Counted from the first letter of the whole stretch, positions 38,572 through 51,871 are shown. The stretch: DNA of 62,763 bases, filler included, from Rhabdomonas costata (GCA_019059605.1; 27 parts of 27 records of this genome joined end to end with filler, not necessarily neighbours in it), one strand, 5' to 3'. Program-made: numbers and translations. The notes: generated from the sequence alone by a model not told the origin.

Positions 38572-40054
38572 AGCACCATAGCAGTAGAAATCCATTTGTT
38601 CGCACCTCGTTCTGTTTTTGTTTTGGTTCCCTCTTTTCTTTCGTTATTCTTTGCTCGCTTTGTCATTTACCGCTTGAATTTCTTTCTTGCTTTGGCTACC
38701 GCTTTTCAAGCTTGCTGAGTTGCTGCTCCCGAAGCCCAACCCGATATCAGGTGTCAACCCCAGATGCCTCCCCAACCCCCCGGGGATGGACCGTTTGGAT
38801 GGCGTCTTCGGCTGTCGGTGTCGGAACGGTTGAAAATGGGCAGCCTTTTTGTCGCCTGCATTTGTAACGTTTTTGTAACGTTTGTGCGTTTGCTGTGTTT
38901 TCCGGACGTTCGGTCCAACATCCCACCCACCACCAGCCTTCCTCCCTCAGCGTACTCTCTAAGAGAAGGCAGATCCCCAGGTTGACTGACACAAAGCATC
39001 CTTCCCCCCGTTGCGCCCGCGCGCACTCCCTCACAAACCCCTTCCCCTTGAACGCACCACCGCTGTAACTATTTTTGGCTTCGTGTTATGCGCTCTGCCG
39101 CTGACTGTGCGGAGCGTGGACAGGATTTGGAGTTCCCTCGTGATTCACTTCCACAGTACTGTATTCAGGTGTGGTGGGGAGTATGAAGATGAGCTGTCCA
39201 GAAGATGACTGGCATTTTTGTCCGAGCGCTTTCGAGAAGGCTGCTGACCCTTCCTTCGAATTTTGCATTGTGGGTGTGGGGTGTAGGATATCATCTTGAG
39301 CAGGCTCAACTACTCGTCTTCTGCTTGATTCCATTTCGTATTTGCCATCCTGCTGTTAAAGTGTCTCAGATCCGCCCCCACCTTTTGAAAGTGAAAGAAA
39401 GGTTTAATCCACGCACTACACCCCCAACCAAACACACAANNNNNNNNNNNNNNNNNNNNNNNNNNNNNNNNNNNNNNNNNNNNTTAATTAATTAANNNNN
39501 NNNNNNNNNNNNNNNNNNNNNNNNNNNNNNNNNNNNNNNTGTGGGTGGGCTTGAGCCGGATTAAGGGCAGTTGATCGGCAAAAAATGGATTTCGCTATGA
39601 TATGTATCCAGGAGGGAGGGGGGGTTCTTGAACGAGAAAAGGAAGGGACAAAAAGGAGGAGAAAGGGAGCGCAAGTCGCTCCATTTTACACAGGATGCCA
39701 TGCCGCCCTGCCCAACTCGCTCGGGCAACAGCACGATTTCGGGGGGGGGGCAGCAAGGAAAAGGGTGAGATTGGGGGGAAGTCTGTTGCTAAACGTAGTC
39801 ATACACAAATTTTCAGGAACTCTTTCAGGTTTCTAAATTCACCATGTATGGAGAGCAAGTGCCAGTCCATTGCATACAGATAAGCAACCGCCCCAAAGCA
39901 GCACTCACATCTATGTCATTTGTATTTGCACAAACAACGTCAGCTCAACTAGAGGGCCAGCAGCTTTGGATATGGTGGGTAGGGATGCACTTTGCACTTA
40001 GGATCTTAGGAGAAGGGAATACGACGAGGCGGGGGAGAGGGGTATCTGGAGAAC

Positions 40055-41592
40055 CTTCACGCTGAGACCCTGCTCCAGGGCTGCGGTAGGCTCCGCCTCT
40101 ACGGAGCGGACCACGCCCTGCAGCGGCTGGGCCACCGCGGCCTCCCTTTGGTGAGGAGTCACTGTCATGGGCAGCCGGAACACCACGTTGGAGCCCTCCA
40201 TCGCCAGCTCAGTGACGTAGGAGATCTGGATGAGCTGCGGGTAAGAAAAGATGGCATGCCCTTTACGATATGGAACGTGCCACATAAACAGTGAGAAGCA
40301 TAAAACTAAAGCAGTGGTCACATCTGGAAACGTTTCCACCAACCCCCTTCCACATGGTCGTTTTAGGGTACACATGAGCTCTTTTCCGATTTTCACTTCT
40401 AAGGTGGCACGGGCAACATCACAAAAGAAAATGAAAGGAACTGTGAGTCTTGGAGCTCTGCCCCTTATTTCAGTTCTAGTAGCCAGTGGGCAGGTATGCG
40501 GGCACAGAACGCATCACAGCAGCAATAATACGTCAAGTAGGGCAGCAGTGCTGTAATCTCTCGACACAGAAACTGCTCACGGCTGTGTGTGTAAAGCTCT
40601 GCAGGGGGTGTGTTCACACCACTTCAGCCCTCACAGGAATGTTCCCCACGCTGACCGTGAAGACGTCGGGCTTCTCTGTGGAGAGTCAGGCACTCCAAAA
40701 ATGCACAAACCCAAGAAGAGAAAATGAAAAGGACGCAATGCGAACAATATTGTCGCGAAGAAGAACCCCAACGCTTCGCACACAACCAGTGCAAAACACT
40801 CACCGCAACGACAAGGGCTGCAATACGTCATGGCGACACGGCGAGTTTTCTGTTGAAGCCCCGAATATTTTGGGCGGGGCTGCAGCCTGTTGCTTCCCTG
40901 TCACTCATTCAGTTCAATTCAATTCAATTCAATTCAATTCACTTCAGAGCGCACAAAGAGCAAACACGGATGCTTTGAATCTTTTGGGGAGGGGGGATGA
41001 TAACGGTATTATGCCGAACTGGAAAAAGCCAAGTACAGGCACCCAGGTAGCTTTCCTACTCAGCAGCCATCTCCGGCTTCTTCGTGGGATGGACTCCGCC
41101 ACCAGAAAACGCTTGCGCACTCGTTCGCCAAATGCTTTCACCGGCACGCACCCAGGCACGCATGCACGCACCACCCACCCACAACCCTCATCCAGAAGGT
41201 AGGCCCCATGGCCTTTCGCGATGGCCTCGCGGTACTCCCTGTGGGCCACTTCCTTGTCCTTGACCTCTCCCACGATGTGTTTGCCGTTGATAAACGCCTG
41301 CGCCCATCCGGAGCGAGCACGCACAGAATCATCAAGATAAGTATGTTCTAATGTAATGTATGTAAGTATGTTCTAAGGCGAATTAAAGTATCCCTCATAA
41401 CGATCGACACCCAAATACGCCCGCCAACTCCGCAGCGGAAGCTTTCTGTTTGCATTGTCTCCCCTATGACAAGGCATTGAAGTCGCGCGTCCGACGATGG
41501 GGGATAAAAAAACCAGAACCGTCGCGCACAGGCGTCCGACGCACAAACACCTCGAAGCCGCAAACGGCAGCCATGCCATCTAACGGGAACAC
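40055..41592 (-). CDS. VIT-domain protein (vWA5A/PARP4-like) fragment; exons 41592-41551, 41297-41186, 40675-40635, 40234-40055
   Basis: VFPLDGMAAVCGFE|AFINGKHIVGEVKDKEVAHREYREAIAKGHGAYLLDE|EKPDVFTVSVGNIP|LIQISYVTEL are VIT-domain motifs. Confidence 0.9.
40907..40941. repeat. (TTCAA)n microsatellite
   Basis: ttcagttcaattcaattcaattcaattcaattca. Confidence 0.9.
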
Positions 41593-42184
41593 CTGTGACG
41601 GGAGAAAGGCCAAACCAACAGGAACCGAAAAAGCAGCAAAAAAAATTTTCTTTGAAACACGAGGGTAGCGCTTACAATAGCAATTAACCGTTGGCTTCCA
41701 GATGTCAACTTGCGGAACCTCAGGAGCCATCACATCATCATTTACATTCATCCATTCACCATCGACAACAANNNNNNNNNNNNNNNNNNNNNNNNNNNNN
41801 NNNNNNNNNNNNNNNTTAATTAATTAANNNNNNNNNNNNNNNNNNNNNNNNNNNNNNNNNNNNNNNNNNNNCCGGGCACAGCAGATTCGAATGGCTGACC
41901 AGCTTCCCTTCCGCAGCTGGGTGGTGCTTCTAATGTGCGTGTGCGTGTGTGTGTATGTGTGTGCATCATTTCTCCCCGCACTTTTCTTTGGCAAGTGTTT
42001 GCGAACTTGTGGAGCTTTACCGTATTGCTGCTGAACACTCTGTTGTCGGTCAGATGTGCATCCCGCACAACAAGTGTGTTGGGTTCGTGTGTTGCTGCTT
42101 CAAACGAATGGATCGGGTTCGTTATAATCCAGCAGCAATATGTTTTGAACTCTCAAATTCTCAAATACTTCCTTCTTTCCGTAG

Positions 42185-42677
42185 CACAACGCCCCAGATC
42201 CGCGAGGGTCTCAGGGTCATCCTCAAAGCGGGCGGCGGCAAAGTCTTGGAGGGTGTGGAGCCCTCCTCCGCTTCCCAGGCATGCATTGCGACTTTGTAAC
42301 TCCAGCAGCGTTGTCAAACCTTTTTAACTCTTTTCTGTCCCTTCTTACTCTTTTTGCTTCTTCACAGATCACCCATGTGTTTGTGGACGACGTGAAGCAG
42401 AGTGAGTTCGTCAACTTAGCTGCTATTCTGTCTCCAGAGGACTTGAGTATGTGTCTCCCTCACATGGAAATGTGTCCTCGTTTTATCTTGTTTTATGCAA
42501 GACCGAAAAAAGGTGGGACTCTACCGAGAAAGGAAAGAGGAGTATAGAGGTTGCGCCTGGAGAATTGTTTCCCACATCTTTCACATAGAAAGCCTCAACT
42601 GCTACAACATTGAGTACACCTACCAATATCTCTGCCGGACCGGCAACCCAGAAGAGCTGGAACGTCATCGTGTTCAG
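42185..42677 (+). CDS. BRCT-domain protein fragment (TopBP1/SLF1-like C-terminal BRCT); exons 42185-42278, 42368-42446, 42589-42677
   Basis: LRVILKAGGGKVL...|ITHVFVD...|LNCYNIEYTYQYL; GC donor CAG|GCATGC at 42279. Confidence 0.62.
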
Positions 42678-44092
42678 GTCTGCCTCTGCTTAGTCTAACC
42701 TCTTGCTGGGCAGGTTTTTATCATTTTGCAGGGTTTCACCATTTTTTCCCCAGGTTCCTTTGCGATAAAGGTGCGTGGTGGAAAGCCTTTTGTGCTGATG
42801 GCTGTGCCTTTCATTCGTTTGCCACGGGCCGAATGGGATGAACGACTGTATTGCCACATTGCTGTTTTCTGCCTTTTCCTGTTGGCTGTGATTTTTGGGC
42901 AAATGGATGTCAAAGCGGAATAGCGATCTGCACTGAACATGAACTCAAGCCTTCGCCGCTCACTGCTCATTTCATGCCATCGCACGAAATTTAGCTGAGG
43001 GCAATTTACAAATGAAACGGATGTCTTTGTGAGCAAGTCCCTTGGGGGGCGCCATGTGAGAGAGGCAATCGCCCACAAAGGCAAACACAGAAACCACAAA
43101 CCACAGAAAGATCAGTCCAAAGGCGTCCGCAGGGCGAAGGTCCAGCCATTCAGACGAAGTCACAAGTCGCGATCGGTAAAATAGTCTGACAAACGGACAA
43201 ATGGCTTGAATAATTGCGTTGTAAAGTCTGCTGATCTGTCCCGCGGCAGTTGACACGACAGGTTTTCGTTTTCCCCCCTTGTAAAGGCCGGTGGTCTCAC
43301 CGTGCTTTTGTTTTTGTGCATCGTTTCTTGCTTGAGTGGGTGTTTTCTCTGTGCCTATGCCAAGCAGCTGCGGTATCACACATTCTGCTCGAGGCTAGTG
43401 TCTTGAAAACCTCCGAGGCGTCCGCATCAAATCCGGGCAAGATTGGTTGTCATTGATGCCTTCTTCTGGCTCCCACGTTTCCGTATGCACGTTGCCGCCC
43501 TGAAAACTGGAGATCGCTTTTCCCGCGCTATGCCCCCGTTTCTGCCCGTTGAGCCGTTCCTATGGAAGCCATTGGAAAGAGCATCCGGGCAAATCCGGTT
43601 CCACCACCGGCCGATTGCCGACCTCCTTTTTGCGCCGCTGTGGCCCTTCCGCCGCAACGGGCGCCCGAAAAGGGCCGGTCACCTACTTTAATTTGTTTGT
43701 TCATCCTTCCTCCTGGAATCTATGCAGAACTCAACGTTCATGCACCTGGTTCCGGGCCTTTTAACCGTTTCCGACCCCAAACCCATCGGCACCCCCAAGC
43801 GTTTGGTTTGATCCCGTTTGTCCTGAACATCCTTCCTACTTTCCCCCAAAAAACTGAAACCAGATAGTCCAGCAGAAGCCCCGGGTACTTTGCTTTTCTT
43901 CAGCTGCAAACTTCTGAAAACCCGCTTTGCTTCCCGCTTTGTCCGCCCTTCCCTTTACCAGGTGGTAAAGCCGGTTGCTCAGAAGAGAAGTGGCCGAAAG
44001 AGATTTTCGGAGGAAGAAACGGTCAAGCAAAAGGTTTGAGCAGAGTTCTGGCACCAGAGCCGGCTGAAAACAACAGGATATGGAGCCTGCTG

Positions 44093-44114
44093 TGAGAGAG
44101 AGAGAGAGAGAGAG

Positions 44115-44170
<56 letters not shown>
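44093..44170. repeat. (GA)n(GT)n compound microsatellite at contig end
   Basis: Directly visible; accounts for this contig being ~75 bp longer than its neighbours. Confidence 0.97.
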
Positions 44171-45178
44171 NNNNNNNNNNNNNNNNNNNNNNNNNNNNNN
44201 NNNNNNNNNNNNNNTTAATTAATTAANNNNNNNNNNNNNNNNNNNNNNNNNNNNNNNNNNNNNNNNNNNNTGTGGGGTGGGAGGTCAGGTTGAAGGCTCG
44301 TGCCACGGAGCTGGAGAGGGTATGGCCCGGGAAAGAAGTGGGATGAGCAAGATCCAACACATGGAAACCTTCTGTGACTCTTTTTTGGCTGTCAACCTGT
44401 TTCATCCATTCCAGCTCTCTCTCTGTTCGCTGTTTTTGCTTTGTTTTTCGTTTTTTGGAAGGAATGGATTGCTATTGTGTGAGACCAGAGGATAGGAATC
44501 GCACATTCATGATCTTTGAACTACTGGATTAAACATGGCTAAAATCCAGAGACTCTGCATGGTTTTTTTCTTTGAATTAGTTAGTGACAGTTGTGTCTGT
44601 TTGTTCGTGTTTGTGTATGCTTTTGGTGCGCAGAATAATGGAAGTGTGCAAACCCTTCAGCTGTGGACTTCCGAAATATCATTAAAAGCGTGAACGGTGA
44701 AACCCTTTGCTCGTGGTCTCTTCTTCTTCCAGTGCCTCCCTTCTGTGCCCTTTTGTTTTTCTATCTCCTGGTGCTTTCCTCGTGTGGTTTGCAGAATTGC
44801 CGTTGCAGCATGCTGACTTTAGAATTTTGTAAAATCTCGGCTTAAAAAAGTAACAAAATACACCAAAAAAGGGCACACGATCGATTTTCTTTATAAGTAT
44901 TTCGCCATTGCTGTGATTTTCGCCAGGCTTAATCCAGCGCAGAGATCATGGGAACAGCTCTCGAGCAAGCGAAACGCGGGTTTTTTCCAAAGTCCTGAGT
45001 CACACGTTCTTGCGGGTGCGGTCCCTATCCTCGACATCGCACGCTCGCATCCCAATCCAAGAAAACGGAAAAGAAAAGAGCGTACACAGCGGGAGCTGGA
45101 ATGGGTACTGTTGGTTGGCTGCTGGAGAGAAAAGAACCGCTCTTCCAGTCCTTCTCACTGAACGAAGAGGGGTACGCA

Positions 45179-46088
45179 CCTCACGCTGACGCTTCTGCAC
45201 ATCCGCGACATCCAAATGGTACTGCGCCAGCAGCTCCTCACGCTCCTGCAATGCCTGCTGGCGGGCAAGCACCTCGGCGCGGTGGGCATCAAGCTGTGGG
45301 GAAAGGGAAAGTCAGACACCATAACCTCAATGCGATGACCTGTAAGATCATAGCCAAAGTGCAGAGGTATTCTGTCCTCGTTTCAGGCACCAGGAAACCA
45401 CCACAAGCTGGAGGCTCGACAGTGTGCAGTAGCAAGTGTAGTGCTTCCGTAACTTCCCGGAAACATCCCCGTAAAACACGCGGTGGCAATACTGAAGCAA
45501 GGAGAAGATTCGCGACCACTCAACCCCACTATGCACCCACTGCCAGTGGCGAGACAGTGGCGCGGGTGGGTGCGGAGCCGTAACCTAAGTTTTGGGGTGG
45601 CCTCAGAACTCTGACCATCAATTTAAGTAAGAAAGTCAAGGCAGCTGGTGATGCGAAGGCGTTACCTCTCCCTTTGGGTTCTTTACCCCATCTCCCACGT
45701 GTCTGTGCTGTGCGCTGGAAAGGTACACACAAAGAAGCCACCGACGTCAAGCAGAGGACAATGTCAGCGGGGGCAGGGCTACATCCAGAGGAAATAGGAA
45801 AGGGTAGCGTTGCGCAGCGTGCTCGATTGGAGATGTGCTCGATCGGTGTGTTGGTTCGGTTGGTGGAGGCGTCTCCCGCATACCTCCTCCCTCTGAGCCT
45901 GCAGCTCTTGCCTCTGCTCTTCTAGCTGCCGCTGCGTGCGGTCCTCAGACTCCCGCGCCGAGATCACCCTCTGCTGCGTCAGCTCCTCCTCGCGGCGCGA
46001 GAGCTCTTCCTCCAGTTCCTGCAAGCGCTGCTGCTGGCGGTGGCTGGCCAGCTCCCGAGAGACCAGGGCCTCCTCCTGAGCCTCCACA
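45179..46088 (-). CDS. Coiled-coil protein fragment, 2 exons
   Basis: E/Q/R-rich heptads VEAQEEAL...QAQREE|LDAHRAEVLARQQ...KRQRE with GT donors. Confidence 0.7.
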
Positions 46089-46996
46089 TCTGCGCGGGTG
46101 GGGGTAATTGGGGGTGGCTACTCAAGGTTTTAAACGGAGGTAGTAGTGTGCCTGATGATGGTAAAAAAACAGTATTACTTCGGAATGGCATCCCGATTGC
46201 AAGTTAGAACTCATCAGTGCACATGCAAGGGCCATGCACGTTTAGGTGTGGGTCACCCGCTGCCCCTGCTGCACAACAGCGGTATTACCGCAAGATAGGG
46301 ACGGATTCAAAATAAAGGCTGCTCCGCGCTCGGTGGTTGTAACTCCATACGCATTCATTCCCAGCGGATGCGAAGCTTGCGACTTTGCCCCGCTTGCAGT
46401 TCTCTTGGTAGGCAGGAAAGGAAAGAACAATATAGGCAACCATCTAGCACAAAACAGCAACCATGTCAACTGATTGAATCAATCGAAAAAACCACNNNNN
46501 NNNNNNNNNNNNNNNNNNNNNNNNNNNNNNNNNNNNNNNTTAATTAATTAANNNNNNNNNNNNNNNNNNNNNNNNNNNNNNNNNNNNNNNNNNNNGTGTG
46601 GGGTTGGGGTGAGGGGGGGGGGTCTTCCCGGAGCCAGTCCAGTCGCTGCGTCCAAGCAAGCATCACAACCGTTTCCCTCCAGTTTGGGCCTTCCGCCTTT
46701 CCAACAAAAAGAATATCAGGACATCAGCCTCCAAACTTCGCAGTGTCAAATGATAGGAGGCAACTGAATAACGGCTCTGCTCTCGTTTGATGATGACTGC
46801 AGCGTCTCATACCCACTGATTTGAAGTCCACCGCCCATCCCCGGAAGAGAACGACACACTACAGGGAGGGCAGATGGGCGAACGATCTCGGCGACAAAGA
46901 ACAAAAGTGGAGGCCTCCACTCTGCCTCTTCCCCTTTCCATCGCAAGCTCTAGGCAAGAGGTGGTCAATTGGACGAAGGGATGGGGGAGCGGAGAC

Positions 46997-48745
46997 CTGT
47001 GACGAGGTCCTTGGCCTGCTCGGAGATCCCGCCCCATTTGTGCGGGGGGAAGCTCACCCCGCGGTTGATCTGGTCCAGCAACTTCTGCCGTTCAAGGGCA
47101 CTATCCAGGGTCAGGCTCTTCATGTCACGGATGTTCGTGGGACGGGGGTTGGGGCCATGCTTCTTGATCCCGTCGATGATCTCCGGGGGGAGGTAGAAGC
47201 TGGTGCCCCCTGGGGTGCACTCCACGATCTTGCTGTCGATAAGGATCTTCGAGAGCCCGAAGTCCGACAGCTTCACCCGCTCTGTATCCACGTCTTCGAT
47301 CAGAACATTCTCTGCAACCCAACCGCCCGCAGACGCTTGTGGGCCCCCGGGTTAATGATGACTCCATCCAACCGCAAAAGCTCCTCGAATGTTTGAAGAT
47401 GCACCTAAAACTGCCCATTCGGTGGTGGCGTACAGAGTCTTTGGGAGATCTTATGAACGACGAGCGTGACAGGCTTTGGAACCAAGAACATTGCCGACCA
47501 AATTGGGAGGGAACGCTTCATCAGGGACTACAGCCACAGAAGGCACGGGTCCTGCGTTTCTACGATGGTACGATGGGGTGTCGTCAGACGGGAAACCAGC
47601 GAACACAAATTGAGAACTAACGTTTTTCTTCAAAAACTTCTGTTTCCCGCGCCCACGCGCACGATCTGGAACAGGCGATCACACAAAGGCACGGTCCCGC
47701 AGCCACGGTGTACAGCGTCAACGTGAAAGGGTTTCGAGCAGGCACATTACATGTGAGGGCGGCGGCGGGGGGGGTGTTTTCAACACAGCCGGCAAGACAA
47801 AGAATAAACTGGCTGCGTTTCATGTGAGACTGGAAAAGGACGGGAAAACATCAGGCAGTTCAAGGGTTAAAGGGTCCGCGAGCGGGAAGTAGGCGGTCAT
47901 AAAACTGCAAAAACTGTTGGCATGTCTCCAACTTCATGGACCCGCGCATTCACGCAGGACGTCTCTTTCAAACAAACAACTGCTTCCTGGCTTGATGTCG
48001 CGATGTACGACAGGTGGGTTGGCCCCGTGGAGGTACTCCACGGCCTGCAGGATACACTTAGTAATCTTTGCTGCCTGGGCCTCGGTAAGAGTGCGTCGCT
48101 TGACAATATAATCGTACAGATCCCCTGAGAAGTAAGGATAACACCCTCCCATTCCCACTGAAAAATACAAGGGGATGGGACGGGACGGGACGGGATGGGA
48201 TGGGATGGATTCGAAATCCGGAGCATGGTGTTCATGTTTTGTGCACGGATCACGACTGACAGTGGTGAGGAAAGAAAACATTCACCCAGAACCAGTGTCC
48301 ACGCTGAAACCATCATTGACATTCGATATTCAGCCCATTTCCGCAGTCCTTAGATTCCATTTTGTCTGAAATATCGAGTTTCCTGGTTCTCTTTTGGTTG
48401 GGCGACCTCTTTCGCACACCACCTTCCCCACCCACCCATCGCATATGCACCTCCAGAGACGTATTCCATGACCAGGCACATCTGGGTCTTCGTCTCGACG
48501 ACCTCGTAGAGCTTCAGAATGTTGGGGTGCCGACAGCGGCTGAGGATCTCATTCTCCCGCCGCACCATCGTGGCCCGCTTCCCGGTCAGGATGGCCTTGT
48601 CCATCACCTTCAGCGCACGCAGCTCCTGGGACTTCTTGTGCACCCCCTTGCACACCTCCGAGAAGCCCCCCTTCGCGATGAAATCGCCCTGCTGGTAAAG
48701 CTCATCCAAGGCTTCCACATGGATGTGGGGCGCGAACCGGCTCAT
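46997..48745 (-). CDS. CAMK-group protein kinase (kinetoplastid-like); exons 48745-~48451, ~48124-47987, 47311-46997; subdomain IX missing and one non-canonical donor
   Basis: IAKGGFSEV, RALKVM, HPNILKLYE, VVHRDIKP|ENVL, KLSDFGLSK, GGTSFYLPPE, WGGISEQAKDLV. Confidence 0.9.
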
Positions 48746-49391
48746 TCTCTGCCCTTCAGCCCAGCCTCAGCCCCGCGCAGGCCACCCACGCCAAGCACAG
48801 GAAAACTACCACCAAACCCNNNNNNNNNNNNNNNNNNNNNNNNNNNNNNNNNNNNNNNNNNNNTTAATTAATTAANNNNNNNNNNNNNNNNNNNNNNNNN
48901 NNNNNNNNNNNNNNNNNNNGTGGTGGGTGTGTTTGGGTGTGGTTGGAAATGTGCCAACTGCCAGTGGTGAGAGAAAATGTACCGCAGCTGGAGCGGGAGC
49001 TGAAGCTTATCCGGCTTGAAATGATCTATCATTCGGACCGCCACAAAATCGATGTCACTGGAGATTGTCACCACCCTTTCCCCCACGTCGGGGGTACCAT
49101 CAAACATAAATACGGTATGCTTTCAACACATTTGCTTGCTCCCTGAATGTTCCCAAAATGCTCCCTAACCCTAACCCCTCGCCGCTGCGATTTCAGTGTT
49201 GATTGCGTTGCGTTTGATTGTCGATGCTCTCTCCCCTTCTCCCTTGCTGTTCTGTGTATTTTTCCTCCGGTCTATTCTGTCTCAACAGCTGCTGCCGGCA
49301 TTCAAAGGCTTCTTGATGACTTCTCGAGAAATCAATCCACCCATCAAAGCATGGTGAACCCCTGCAATGCCTAAATTCAAACTCCCAAAAG

Positions 49392-50005
49392 GCTTGGGTT
49401 AAGTCCAGCAACCACGGACCTGCTTTTCACGGAGGAGCAGCTCAGGCTGGCCTTCGACGACCTGGACCTGGAAGGCAAGGGGCACATCTCCGTCGCGCAG
49501 CTAGAGGGTTTTCTGCGGCAGACGCAGCCGGCTTTCCTGGAGGCCGAGGAGCCGTTCTGGTTCACTCCAACCTCTCTCCACATTCTCTCTTCTTCGCTTT
49601 GCGAGGGCATCTGACTGGTTACTGGAAAATTGTATTGCCACCTACCAATGAAATGTGGTTAGCGGTGTGATTAGCGGTGGGCTTGCAACGCCGCTCAGTT
49701 TGCTCTTGCCTGACTTCAAAAGAAAACACTACTTCAAAAGCTGTTTAGAAAGCCAAAACACTTCCCAAGGTCACGCAGCACCATACTTACCCGCATGTGT
49801 TAGTTTAGTGTGCAGTGAATACATTTTCTTTATTTTGTCCGATATTGTGTTCTGGATGTGCTTTCTAGTCAGCTCTTATATTCCACTCTGGACTGTTTTT
49901 TTCGCATCTGCGCACGCGTTCAGTAATCTGCTGCCCAAGAAGCACAATGAGCGGGTCACCTTTGATGAGTTTGCAGTGGCTGTTTTGCGTCTGCACAAGA
50001 CATGA
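49392..50005 (+). CDS. Small EF-hand protein of euglenozoan cytoskeletal/flagellar type, C-terminal exons
   Basis: EEQLRLAFDDLDLEGKGHISVAQLEGF and terminal exon ERVTFDEFAVAVLRLHKT*. Additional upstream exons are likely at ~48960-49060 and ~49290-49352. Confidence 0.72.
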
Positions 50006-51246
50006 ATTTATGTGTGTTACATGTTGTACATACCTGCATCTGTAGAATGGATGGCTCGTATCGGATGATTCTGACCAACACTTTGTGAAGATTACAACAT
50101 GCAGCCATTTTTCGTCTGACTGACTTCGAGTTATCAATACGATAGAAGGAAAGCCACAGTTCTCAAGGAATCTCTCTGTCGGTTTCGTGGGCAAAAGTTA
50201 TCAGGGGGCATTGCCAAAGGCAACAATCTTTTTCATGTTGTAATGTGTCCCATGTAAAATCTAACCAAAATACTTGGGTCGTTTTTTCTGGGGGTGGAGG
50301 ATTTGAGGTGCGGGTGAACATTCAAATCAACAGCCAACACTTCGTGGCAGCCAACATTTCGTTGTCTTTCAGGAAGCCGTCGAAACCAGAATTCCATTAT
50401 GACATCTGCCAATACCAGCACGAATCAGGAACTTGCTCATCGGGGCACTGTTTTAAATACCTGGCTTCAACACTATCTGTAAGTTATGAAACAGCGGTCG
50501 CCAGTTTGGGCCGCATCCGGCCATTCGCGGGAACTATGACTGGAGTTGCGATGCCAACACTTTGAAACAATAGTCTTGTGTATGACCTTACCAATTGCCA
50601 ATTGCAAGGAATTCCATTTGCGATGCGGCTGCGCTTGAATGTGTGTAACTTGCTCGCTCTGACGCTGCTGTTAAATTTTCTGCGCACTTTTTTCGGGCAG
50701 TGGAAAAACGGACCGCCAAACCGCAAATGGTAAAAGGAAAGTGTGACGGCAACATACTAGTTGTCGTGAAAACCCCGCCTTTTAACCCGCAAAAATGCTC
50801 GTCCCAAACGGCCGTCATGCACATCAACCTGTTATCAACATTATGCCCCCCCAAAAAAAAACAATCTAGAAAGGCCCGGGTTCAGTGTGCGTGGGTGTCC
50901 CAACCCGCGGGACTCCCAACCCGGTGGTGGCACCCGCTCGCGTGTCAGCGTTTCCGCACACCGCCAAAACACGGAAGGGTTGACTGCTTGGTAACTTGGA
51001 CGCGGGTTCGACGCGCAGTCGCCCGCTTGGGTTGGTTCCCTTTGTTCGCCGCTTTGCCCCGGCGCTCTGGGAAGGAAGAAGACCACTTGCTCGGTTGGTG
51101 TCATGGCAATCGCACACGCGGGGCTTTAATGGTCCACAACCACNNNNNNNNNNNNNNNNNNNNNNNNNNNNNNNNNNNNNNNNNNNNTTAATTAATTAAN
51201 NNNNNNNNNNNNNNNNNNNNNNNNNNNNNNNNNNNNNNNNNNNGGT

Positions 51247-51444
51247 TGGAAACGAAAGTTGTGATAACAATTTTGTGAGACAACAACGCTCAAGCGCTCC
51301 GAACGCACCTTGTTACAAGTTCACAGCCCATGTTACTGCGACACTCATCATCTTCATTTTGACATCAACGAAGACGTCATTATTTGTCCAATTCGACTTA
51401 AGCGTTGTTGTCTCACAAAATTGTTATCACAACTTTCGTTTCCA
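51247..51444. mobile_element. MITE-like element with perfect 44-bp terminal inverted repeats
   Basis: TGGAAACGAAAGTTGTGATAACAATTTTGTGAGACAACAACGCT (51247-51290) is the exact reverse complement of 51401-51444; 110-bp spacer. Confidence 0.75.
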
Positions 51445-51871
51445 TCCTTCTGAAAACATGCCACGGATTACACTGTATTTCATGCATGGTGTTTATGACA
51501 TAGGTTGGAGAACGGTGAGGCAGGCTAGCACCCACGTTCCCATGTTCGACCTTAATGCTGACCCCTCCCCCCGGTCTCTCAAGGAAGATCTTGCAAAGTT
51601 GTCCGGTGACAGTATGCTTTAATTAACCATTCAATGACCATCGCAGTTTCTCTTTTATTTACGTCTTCGTGCGTGATCTTTATATGTCCTTTCTTCACTT
51701 CATAAGTTATTTTCGATTCACCAAAGAAAGAGGGCTAAGACGAAGCAGGCCTGGGGTCTCATGCATATACAACAGGCCTCTAGAAACGCAGCGTGGCCGG
51801 TCCTTGGGAGATTCCAACCTTTCAAAGACCTACCAGGCACAAACACCAAAAAAGGTACTCAACATATTCAC

